From an uncultured Candidatus Saccharibacteria bacterium (lineage in GTDB: Bacteria > Patescibacteriota > Minisyncoccia > Minisyncoccales > GWA2-46-15): DNA of 46,777 bases. The translations under genes were made by a program, and so were the position numbers. The notes below the pieces were generated by a model. It did not search any database, was not told the DNA's origin, and saw only the letters and a program-made list of their open reading frames with translations. The DNA lies in NCBI GenBank assembly GCA_964551525.1, contig CAZKCH010000003.1, positions 1 through 46,777 of the forward strand, read 5' to 3'. Shown piece by piece: positions 10,538 through 17,912 of this stretch. Numbering within the stretch: the first letter of the stretch is position 1; each line of letters opens with the position of its first letter.

Positions 10538-12304
10538 ATGATTATGCAAAACAAACAACGGCCGGCGCATCGTCGGACAACTTATCGGCCAACGCGGCGG
10601 CGTTTCCCCGCTCGGCCCATAAATCAATCATGGCCGGATACGCTCAGAGTCATTCCCCTCGGCGGCCAAGAAGAAGTCGGCCGCAACATGACGGTTTTTG
10701 AATACGGCCAAGACATTGTTGTTTTAGACATGGGCCTGCAATTTCCAGAAGAAGACATGCCCGGCATTGATTATATCATTCCCGATGCCCGCTATCTCTA
10801 CGGCAAAGAAAGAAACATCAAAGGCGTGATTTTAACTCACGGCCACCTTGACCATATCGGCGCTATTCCCCATTTGTTGCCACGCCTCAATTGGCCCATG
10901 GTTTACGGCAGTAAAATGACTCTGGCTTTGGTCCGCAAGCGCTTAGAAGAAGCCCGGCTTTTAAGCTTTTTCAAATCGCAGGAAATCAAATCGCCGGACG
11001 AGGAAATCAATTTGGGCAAATTCAAGATAAGTTTTTTTGCCGCCACTCACAGCATCATGGATTCCATGGGCATTGTCTTGCAGACCCCGGTGGCTAATAT
11101 CATCCACCCGGGCGATTGGCGCTACGACCTGAATCCGGTGGCCGGCCAGCCCACTGACTTTTCCCACCTCTCCCGCTGGAATACGAAAAACGTTCCTTCG
11201 ATTCTGATGATGGAAGGCATCGGCTCCACCAAAGAGGGTTATCAAATACCGGAACGGACAATTTACGAAAATATCAAAAAGATTATTCAGGATGCCCCCG
11301 GCCGCATTATTATTGCTACCTTTGCTTCTATGATAGAGCGCGTCGCCTGGATTGTCAGCATTGCCGAAAAACTCGGTAAAAAAGTGGCTCTCGATGGTTA
11401 TTCAATGAAATCCAATATTGAAATAGCGAAAAAACTCGGCTACGTAAAATTTGATTCCAGCACCTTGATTGATGCCAAACGGCTGAACGATTATCCGGAT
11501 AATAAAGTGATTATTGTTTGTACCGGCGCCCAAGGCGAAGACCGGGCGGTTTTGATGAGAATTGCCAATGGCGAACACCGCCAAATCCGCCTCAAAAAAA
11601 CAGATACGATTATTTTTTCCTCCTCGGTCATTCCCGGCAACGAGCGCACCATTCAACGCCTTAAAGACAATCTTTATCGCCAGTGCGATAATGTCATCCA
11701 CAAAGAAATTATGGACGTCCACGGCGGCGGCCACGGTTTGATTGAAGACATCAAGCGCCTGATCCAGGAAGTCAAACCGAGATATTTAATTCCGGTCTAC
11801 GCTAATTATTATTTGTTGAAAGAAGCGGCCAAGGTCGCCATTTCGATTGGTTTTCCCCGCCAAAATATTTTTCTTCTGGATAACGGCAGCGTTCTTGAAA
11901 TAAAATCGCACGGCGTCAGAATCGCAGATAAAAAAATACTGATTGAATATATTTTCGTGGACGGCCTGGGCATCGGCGATATCGGCGAAGTGGTTTTGCG
12001 CGACCGGCAAGTCCTGGCCAAAGACGGCATGTTCGTCGTTATTGCCGTCATTGACCGCAAAACCGGCAAAGTGCTCGGTTCGCCCGACATTATTTCCCGC
12101 GGTTTTGTCTATCTGCGAGAATCAAAAGAATTACTGACGCAAACGAGAAGAAAAGTGGTAGTGATTATCGACCGGGCCGCCAATTCCGGCGGCGCCGTCA
12201 ATTGGACCTATGTCAAAGAAGAAATCCGGGAAAAAGTAGGCGGCTTTTTGTACCAGCAAACCCAGCGCCGACCAATGATCCTCCCCGTGGTTATTGAGGT
12301 TTAG
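10538..12304 (+). CDS. rnj: Ribonuclease J (metallo-beta-lactamase / beta-CASP)
   Basis: 588 aa with motifs THGHLDHIG, the beta-CASP region and a C-terminal domain, typical of RNase J. Confidence 0.9.
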   Translation: MIMQNKQRPAHRRTTYRPTRRRFPARPINQSWPDTLRVIPLGGQEEVGRNMTVFEYGQDIVVLDMGLQFPEEDMPGIDYIIPDARYLYGKERNIKGVILTHGHLDHIGAIPHLLPRLNWPMVYGSKMTLALVRKRLEEARLLSFFKSQEIKSPDEEINLGKFKISFFAATHSIMDSMGIVLQTPVANIIHPGDWRYDLNPVAGQPTDFSHLSRWNTKNVPSILMMEGIGSTKEGYQIPERTIYENIKKIIQDAPGRIIIATFASMIERVAWIVSIAEKLGKKVALDGYSMKSNIEIAKKLGYVKFDSSTLIDAKRLNDYPDNKVIIVCTGAQGEDRAVLMRIANGEHRQIRLKKTDTIIFSSSVIPGNERTIQRLKDNLYRQCDNVIHKEIMDVHGGGHGLIEDIKRLIQEVKPRYLIPVYANYYLLKEAAKVAISIGFPRQNIFLLDNGSVLEIKSHGVRIADKKILIEYIFVDGLGIGDIGEVVLRDRQVLAKDGMFVVIAVIDRKTGKVLGSPDIISRGFVYLRESKELLTQTRRKVVVIIDRAANSGGAVNWTYVKEEIREKVGGFLYQQTQRRPMILPVVIEV

Positions 12305-12330
12305 TAAAACAAAGGCCTCTCTTTCTCCCC

Positions 12331-12359
12331 TTGACAAGCTTTTTGGTTTCAGTTATTAT
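12331..12359 (+). promoter_or_regulatory. Sigma-70-type promoter candidate for the trpR/yerC-like gene
   Basis: TTGACA (12331-12336), a 17-nt spacer, then TATTAT (12354-12359). Confidence 0.5.
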
Positions 12360-12363
12360 ACAG

Positions 12364-12375
12364 CATACTAGTATG
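12364..12375. promoter_or_regulatory. Perfect 12-bp palindrome CATACTAGTATG (candidate TrpR-type operator)
   Basis: It lies 5 nt downstream of the -10 hexamer and so overlaps the expected transcription start. Its centre is ACTAGT, the hexamer repeated in E. coli trp operators. Confidence 0.4.
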
Positions 12376-12398
12376 TGGTATATAACACTAAACAGAGA

Positions 12399-12659
12399 AT
12401 GGTTATGAACTGGGAATTTGTCGATGAATTTATCGAAGCCCTGCTTCGCCTCAAAACCCATAAAGAGGCGCGGGATTTCCTCATGGGCATTTTAACGCCC
12501 AAGGAGCTACAAGAAATCCCCACCCGGTTGCAGATCGTCAAAATGCTCAAGCGTCGCCTCCCCCAGTACCGGATCGCGGAAAAACTGAAAGTCGGCATCG
12601 GCACCATCACCCGCGGCTCGAATGAAATAAAAAAAGGGCGATTTAAACAAGTGAAATAA
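12399..12659 (+). CDS. TrpR-family / YerC-YecD-like DNA-binding protein
   Basis: About 86 aa. The pattern (ARDFLMGILTPKELQEIPTRLQIVKML...YRIAEKLKVGIGTITRGSN) matches the Trp-repressor-like YerC/YecD family. The start is uncertain: ATG 12399 or 12405, or GTG 12375. Confidence 0.75.
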   Translation: MVMNWEFVDEFIEALLRLKTHKEARDFLMGILTPKELQEIPTRLQIVKMLKRRLPQYRIAEKLKVGIGTITRGSNEIKKGRFKQVK

Positions 12660-12660
12660 A

Positions 12661-12756
12661 ATGAAAAACCAATCAGATAAAAATTTATTAATAACAAATA
12701 GCTGGTGGTGGACTTTGCAGGCCTATCCGCAAAGTCCTGGTTTCGTGTTGACTTAA
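12661..12756 (+). CDS. Putative Trp leader peptide (31 aa, MKNQSDKNLLITNSWWWTLQAYPQSPGFVLT)
   Basis: The ATG lies 1 nt after the upstream TAA stop. There are three consecutive TGG codons at 12703-12711, followed by alternative hairpins and a terminator. Confidence 0.55.
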   Translation: MKNQSDKNLLITNSWWWTLQAYPQSPGFVLT

Positions 12757-12811
12757 TATATTTTTATATAGCCATCGAAACTTCTCTCGGACTGCGCGGG
12801 AGGAGTTTTTT
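12710..12811 (+). promoter_or_regulatory. Candidate transcription attenuator (segments 1-4 ending in an intrinsic terminator at 12780-12811)
   Basis: Pairing 1:2 is 12710-12718 with 12729-12737 (9 bp). Pairing 2:3 is 12733-12745 with 12776-12793 (5 + 7 bp). Pairing 3:4 is 12780-12789 with 12797-12806 (10 bp including 2 G-U), followed by TTTTTTGTTTG. Confidence 0.55.
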
Positions 12812-12910
12812 GTTTGTGTTGATGGTTAGATGTTTTTAGTAAAAATGCATAACCACCAGCACGAATGTCGTGCTGGCTTGTTCTTTCAAAATCAAACAAA
12901 AGGAGAAAAT

Positions 12911-14071
12911 ATGGAAGCCAAACATTTACTAAAAGACCATGCATATCAAAATATTCCGCTCACGTTTAAGGAGGCGTATCTTCTGGGGCTATACGCCCTT
13001 GAGGGATGTGCGGGTAATCAACTTGCACAGATTCAGAGTATTGCGGTTCTCTCTGCATTACACACTCATTCCACATACGCATGGCAGTGGAGCGAGGTGG
13101 CCGAATGTCATCACGGACACCGATTACCCCCAAATGCCGCCGAACAAATCGCAGGTGTCTGTGCCGCGGTGTTTCAAAAAGACATCGCAATATCCCAATT
13201 TGGGTTTCTTAAACCCAATATCCCCTATGCAATGGATAATTGCGGTATGGGAGGAGACCTCGTCGTGACGGCAAATGTAAGCACTATTGCTGCCCTCATC
13301 GCTTCGGCTGCAGGAATCCCAATGTGTAAACACGGATCGCCCGCGAATGCCGACAATGGCCACCACGGCAGTTCTGATTTTATCTCTCTGCTCGGTATCA
13401 GCACATACGCGACGAGAGATGAAGTCGAAAAGTGTGTTGAGGCGGAAAACTTCGGCTACACAGAAGCTTTAGATACTCGCTACAAACGGATTCACTTACA
13501 AACCCACGAAGTTGCAAGACTCCCGCACATGAACGACATCATCGGACCAATAACGAATCCGTTATCGGCACAACTCATGACACGGCGAGTGCTGGGCGTA
13601 AATCATCTAATCTCTCCGCGTATAGTTGCCGAGGCGTATCAAGTTCTCAATAAACACGGGGTGACAAATCTCCAACACGGCCTTTTCGTTCGCGGCTTCA
13701 CTGATAATTGTCGCTACGAAGGCGTGGATGAGGCTTCCATCTGCGGAGGAGGCACACAAGTTGCAGAGCTTCAAGATGGAACAATCCACGAATATCACCT
13801 CGATGCGCTCGATTTCGGACTCAGCTCTGTTTCACCTACGACAATATCTCCGCCGCACGGAATGAGCAAGGGCGATTTCTCTCTTAGAATCTTAAAAGGA
13901 GAAATCATCGGTCCCCCTCTTGAAATGGTTCTGGTCAACGCCGCACTTCTTTTTTATCTTGCTGAACGCTCACAAGATTTAAAAGAATGCTACGCTATGG
14001 CAAGGGTAGTACAAATGGCCGGTAGAGCATACGGAAAAGCTCTACGTCTTCGCCAAAGATTGCCCAAATAA
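12911..14071 (+). CDS. Divergent anthranilate phosphoribosyltransferase-like protein (TrpD / glycosyltransferase family 3)
   Basis: 386 aa from the ATG at 12911, which is preceded by AAAGGAG. TrpD-like blocks are DNCGMGGD, NVSTIAALIASAAG, KHGSP...GSSDFISLLGI, NDIIGPITNPL and GVDEASI...VAELQDG, with altered catalytic-loop residues. It is visibly more GC-rich than its neighbours. Confidence 0.72.
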   Translation: MEAKHLLKDHAYQNIPLTFKEAYLLGLYALEGCAGNQLAQIQSIAVLSALHTHSTYAWQWSEVAECHHGHRLPPNAAEQIAGVCAAVFQKDIAISQFGFLKPNIPYAMDNCGMGGDLVVTANVSTIAALIASAAGIPMCKHGSPANADNGHHGSSDFISLLGISTYATRDEVEKCVEAENFGYTEALDTRYKRIHLQTHEVARLPHMNDIIGPITNPLSAQLMTRRVLGVNHLISPRIVAEAYQVLNKHGVTNLQHGLFVRGFTDNCRYEGVDEASICGGGTQVAELQDGTIHEYHLDALDFGLSSVSPTTISPPHGMSKGDFSLRILKGEIIGPPLEMVLVNAALLFYLAERSQDLKECYAMARVVQMAGRAYGKALRLRQRLPK

Positions 14072-14076
14072 GTTAA

Positions 14077-14118
14077 GGGGCGATGATTTCTCTCATCGCC
14101 CCCACCTCTTTCCTTTTA
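14077..14118 (+). terminator. Terminator candidate after the trpD-like gene
   Basis: A 10-bp stem GGGGCGATGA / TCATCGCCCC with a 6-nt loop, 6 nt after the stop, followed by the pyrimidine/T-rich CACCTCTTTCCTTTT. Confidence 0.5.
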
Positions 14119-14153
14119 GGAATTGGAAATAAGTTTTATAATTCAATTGAGAT

Positions 14154-14972
14154 ATGATTTTAGCTAAAATTTTCAAGAAAAATAAAAACATAACAATAGG
14201 AGCGATTCATTTGCCGCCGCTTTTGGGCTACAAAAACTTCCCAGGTTTTAATGTTGCGCTTAAAAACGCTCTTGACGACCTAAAAGCATTTGAAAATGGT
14301 GGAGCAAATGGAATTATTTTCGAAAACAATTATGACATTCCGCACAAAATTTTTGTAGATGCTTCTATTATAAGCGCGATGACTTCTTTGGGGAAAAAAT
14401 TAAGAGAAGCCACGTATTTACCATTAGGCATAAGCGTCCTATGGAATGACTATCGTGCCGCATTATCAATAGCCAAAACGCTTAACTTGCAATTTATTCG
14501 AGTTCCGGTTTTTGTTGATAAAGTAAAAACAAGTTATGGGATCGTAAAAGGAGAACCTAAAAAAGTTATCGATTTTAGGAAATCAATTAATGCGGAAAAT
14601 ATAGCTATATTTACAGACATTCATGTTAAACATGCAAAATTATTATCCAAAAACGACTTGATAACTTCCGCAAAATTAGCTATCAAAAACAAATCTGACG
14701 CAGTAATTATCACCGGCAAATGGACCGGAGATGCTCCCGCCATAGAAAGAATAAAGTCCCTGAGAAAAAGTATCGGCACATTTCCAATTTTAGTCGGAAG
14801 CGGAACAGATAAAGATAATATCAAAACCTTATTTCAATTTGCCAATGGGGCAATAATAAGCACTTCTTTGAAAAATGGCTTAAGAAAAAATGGTGAGATC
14901 AACGTGAAACCCTACGCACAAAGGATAAACCCGAATAAAGTGAGGAGCTTAATTAATAGTATTATGGTATAA
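14154..14972 (+). CDS. BtpA/SgcQ family TIM-barrel protein
   Basis: 272 aa. The N-terminal IGAIHLPPLLGY motif and the overall pattern are typical of the BtpA family (PF03437). The gene is very AT-rich relative to its neighbours. Confidence 0.75.
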   Translation: MILAKIFKKNKNITIGAIHLPPLLGYKNFPGFNVALKNALDDLKAFENGGANGIIFENNYDIPHKIFVDASIISAMTSLGKKLREATYLPLGISVLWNDYRAALSIAKTLNLQFIRVPVFVDKVKTSYGIVKGEPKKVIDFRKSINAENIAIFTDIHVKHAKLLSKNDLITSAKLAIKNKSDAVIITGKWTGDAPAIERIKSLRKSIGTFPILVGSGTDKDNIKTLFQFANGAIISTSLKNGLRKNGEINVKPYAQRINPNKVRSLINSIMV

Positions 14973-14992
14973 TAAAAAATTAAGATACTATT

Positions 14993-15967
14993 ATGCGCAT
15001 ATTTTCGGGAATACAACCGACGGGCGCCTTGCACATCGGCAACTACCTGGGCGCCATCAGGCAATTTGTTGAACTTCAGGAAAAAAATGAGTGTGTTTTT
15101 AGCATTGTCGATTTGCACGCCATGACCGCGCCGTATAAAGCCGAGGAAATGCCCCAAAATGTCTTGGATGCCGCCGTCGCCTATATGGCCTCGGGCATTG
15201 ATCCGGAAAAATCAATCCTTTTTGTCCAATCGCAGGTGCCGGAACACACGGAATTGGCCTGGATTTTGAATTGCGTCACCCCGGCCGGGGATTTGCTGCG
15301 CATGACCCAGTACAAAGAGAAAGCCAAACAATTCAAAGACAATATCAATGCCGGGCTGATGAATTATCCCGTTTTAATGGCGGCTGACATTCTGATTTAC
15401 AAAACAGAAATGGTGCCGGTGGGCCACGACCAGAGCCAGCACGTGGAATTGGCGAGAACGATTGCCAGAAAATTCAACCAGAGATTCGGCCAAACCTTTC
15501 CTGAACCGAAACTGAAACTACCGGAAGCAGGCGCGAGAATTATGTCTCTTTCCGACCCAAAAAAGAAAATGTCAAAATCAGTCCCTTCTTCCTGCCTTTA
15601 CCTTTTTGACGAACCGGAAACAATCAAAAAGAAAATTATGTCCGCGGTTACCGATCTGGGCAAAGAAATAAAATTTGATCCGGACAAAAAGCCCGGCATT
15701 GCCAATTTGCTGGTGATTTACAGCTCTTTTTCGGGCAAAACCATTAAAGAATTGGAAAAAAAGTTTAAGGGTTCCGGCTATGGCAAATTCAAAGAATCAT
15801 TGGCTAATCTTTTGATTGAAAAATTAGAGCCATTAAGGCGCAAAAGAAAAGAATTGCTCTCGCGCGAGGTTTATCTTAAAGAAATCTTAAACCAAGGAGC
15901 GAAAAGAGCCCACTCCATTGCCGAGGAAACAATGAAAGAAGTCCGCAAAAAAACCGGCCTGACTTAG
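14993..15967 (+). CDS. trpS: Tryptophan--tRNA ligase
   Basis: 324 aa with a class I HIGH-type motif (GALHIGNYLG), KMSKS and TrpRS-like sequence throughout. Confidence 0.95.
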   Translation: MRIFSGIQPTGALHIGNYLGAIRQFVELQEKNECVFSIVDLHAMTAPYKAEEMPQNVLDAAVAYMASGIDPEKSILFVQSQVPEHTELAWILNCVTPAGDLLRMTQYKEKAKQFKDNINAGLMNYPVLMAADILIYKTEMVPVGHDQSQHVELARTIARKFNQRFGQTFPEPKLKLPEAGARIMSLSDPKKKMSKSVPSSCLYLFDEPETIKKKIMSAVTDLGKEIKFDPDKKPGIANLLVIYSSFSGKTIKELEKKFKGSGYGKFKESLANLLIEKLEPLRRKRKELLSREVYLKEILNQGAKRAHSIAEETMKEVRKKTGLT

Positions 15968-16002
15968 TATTTAGTATTTTGTATTTAGTATTTTGTATTT
16001 AC
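15967..16002. repeat. Tandem 14-mer GTATTTAGTATTTT, about 2.5 copies
   Basis: A direct repeat spans the convergent stops of trpS and the PGM/PMM gene. It shares the 11-mer GTATTTAGTAT with 19673-19683. Confidence 0.7.
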
Positions 16003-17431
16003 TAAGACCTAATACTTCCAGGGTCTTTTTTATTACAGGAATATCGACTTTTTGAAAAATTGCCAATGATTTCAATTCAATCTCTTTGAGGTCTTTTTTT
16101 GTTTTGCCCTCGAAACGGCATTTGATAAACGGGGTGGTGTTGGCGGCCCGGGCCAAGGCCCAGCCCTGGGGAAAATTGATGCGGGCGCCGTCAACGCTGA
16201 CAAAATCAAACTTATTCTTTCGCAAATACTGCTGGAGTTTTTTAATAATCTGGAATTTTTTGTCATCGGGACAAGGAATGAAAACCTCGGGGCTGGCGCA
16301 ATAACGGGGCAAAGTGTCGATGTAGCGGGCAAAATCAGGCTGGTCAGCCGCCACCTGCGCCACTTTTAAAGAAGCGAATAAACCTTCGTCGCACAGATAC
16401 CAGTCCTTAGGGAATAAAAAATGCATGGTGATCTCTCCCCCGAAAACCGCCTTAACCTGTTTAATTTTTTTAATAATCGCGCTGTGGTAAGAAACAGAAA
16501 AATAAGTTTTCACCCGTTTTTTGGACATCTCGTCCAAAAATGCTTTAGAAATTCTGACATCGTGGACGATGGGGCCGTTATATTGTTCCAACGCCTGCCG
16601 GGCTAAAAGGAAAAGACAATTATCCCCGCTGGCCAATCGTCCCCGGCCATCGATCACCCCCACCCTATCACCATCACCGTCATAGGCAAAACCCAAATCA
16701 AACTTTCCTTGTAAAACCTGTTTCTTAATGACGAAACAATTCTTCTCTTCGTAAGGATCGGGCAAGTGGTTGGGAAAATTGCCGTCGAAATCGCCAAAGA
16801 TTGTTTTCACTTCGCAGCCAAGTTTCCTAAAAACTTTCTCCGGCAAATAGCCCATGGCGCCATTGCCCGAATCAATCAGGATTTTTAACGGCCGCTTTAG
16901 TTTAATCTTCGCGGTTACGCTTTTGAGATAATCTTCAGTCGGATCAAAAACAACAATTTTGCCCTTTGCTTCTCTGCCTTCGGCAGACCAGTCGTAGGCT
17001 GGTAACTTCTTACCATCTATTACCAGTTTCTTGATCTTTTCCATTTCGCCCAAAATAACGTCTCCCTGCTTTGCCTTGCTCGTTTTCTGAATACACAAAG
17101 TCAGACCATTGTATTCCGGCGGATTATGCGAGCCGGAGATCATGATGCCGGCGTCATAGCGATAATAAAAAATAGAAAAGTAAAAAAGCGGGTCGGGCGC
17201 AGTGCCTAAGAAAATAACGGTTTTGCCGGCCGCGACTAAGGCGCTGTTTATGGCCATAGCCAAAGCTGGCGAGCTTTTCCGAGTATCGTGGGCGACAACA
17301 ATGGTTTTGGCCAAAGGATAAATAGCAATAAAGGCCCGGGCGATTCTGGCCGCCACGGCCTCGTTTAAATCCCGGGGATAAACGCCCCGGATGTCATAAG
17401 CGCGAAAGATATTAGGGTTGATTTTAGCCAT
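15971..17431 (-). CDS. Phosphoglucomutase/phosphomannomutase family protein
   Basis: 486 aa with the active-site loop SGSHNPPEYNG, the Mg-binding block FAYDGDGDR and a typical alpha-D-phosphohexomutase layout. Confidence 0.9.
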   Translation of the reverse strand: MAKINPNIFRAYDIRGVYPRDLNEAVAARIARAFIAIYPLAKTIVVAHDTRKSSPALAMAINSALVAAGKTVIFLGTAPDPLFYFSIFYYRYDAGIMISGSHNPPEYNGLTLCIQKTSKAKQGDVILGEMEKIKKLVIDGKKLPAYDWSAEGREAKGKIVVFDPTEDYLKSVTAKIKLKRPLKILIDSGNGAMGYLPEKVFRKLGCEVKTIFGDFDGNFPNHLPDPYEEKNCFVIKKQVLQGKFDLGFAYDGDGDRVGVIDGRGRLASGDNCLFLLARQALEQYNGPIVHDVRISKAFLDEMSKKRVKTYFSVSYHSAIIKKIKQVKAVFGGEITMHFLFPKDWYLCDEGLFASLKVAQVAADQPDFARYIDTLPRYCASPEVFIPCPDDKKFQIIKKLQQYLRKNKFDFVSVDGARINFPQGWALARAANTTPFIKCRFEGKTKKDLKEIELKSLAIFQKVDIPVIKKTLEVLGLSKYKILNTKY

Positions 17432-17450
17432 CTTATCTTAATCTTAGCAT

Positions 17451-17479
17451 TTTGACAGGGAAATTTTAATATGATAATA
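17451..17479 (+). promoter_or_regulatory. Sigma-70-type promoter candidate for rpsF-ssb-rpsR
   Basis: TTGACA (17451-17456), a 17-nt spacer ending in TGA (extended -10 like), then TAATAT (17474-17479). The rpsF ATG is at 17492. Confidence 0.55.
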
Positions 17480-17491
17480 TGTCTTTGTAAT

Positions 17492-17911
17492 ATGAAACAG
17501 AATTACGAGTTAAACTACATTGTCTCCGGGCAGCTGCCGGAAGAAACAGTAAGCAAGATTTCCCAGAAAATCAATGGTTTTATCGAGCAAAAACAAGGAC
17601 TGATTACTGACAGCCAATTGGCCCAGAAAATAACGCTCGCCTATAAAATCAAAGGGGAAACCATGGCTTGGCTGCAAAACACTTCCTTCTCAATAGAAAC
17701 GAGCGGTTTGCCTGAATTGGAAAAAGAATTAAGGGAAACAAAAGAAATCATGCGTTTTTTGGCATTGAGAAAGGACTCACAAAAACCAATGGTGATCAGG
17801 CGGAGAAGGGTCAAACCAAAAACAGCTGAAACCACCACGGCAAAACCAGAAGCGGCCTCCAAAGCGGACTTAGAAGAAATTGAGAAAAAATTAGAAGAAA
17901 TATTAAAGTAA
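17492..17911 (+). CDS. rpsF: 30S ribosomal protein S6 (with a charged C-terminal extension)
   Basis: It starts MKQNYELNYIV, is S6-like, and occupies the conserved rpsF-ssb-rpsR gene order. Confidence 0.88.
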   Translation: MKQNYELNYIVSGQLPEETVSKISQKINGFIEQKQGLITDSQLAQKITLAYKIKGETMAWLQNTSFSIETSGLPELEKELRETKEIMRFLALRKDSQKPMVIRRRRVKPKTAETTTAKPEAASKADLEEIEKKLEEILK

Positions 17912-17912
17912 T

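Noticed and set aside
12830-12910. N-terminal extension of the trpD-like ORF (starts at 12830 or 12845)
   Set aside because: The extension has no ribosome-binding site, contains the 12856-12876 hairpin, and gives non-homologous residues. The ATG at 12911 is preceded by AAAGGAG at good spacing. The longer form cannot be fully excluded.
14973-14992. T-box riboswitch upstream of trpS
   Set aside because: Only about 20 nt separate the BtpA-family gene from trpS, which is far too short for a T-box leader. No T-box consensus is seen elsewhere in the locus.
15967-16002. CRISPR array (also considered for 39407-39478 and 38722-38749)
   Set aside because: The units are 7-14 nt, directly abutting with no spacers, and no cas genes are present. 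They are simple tandem or low-complexity repeats.
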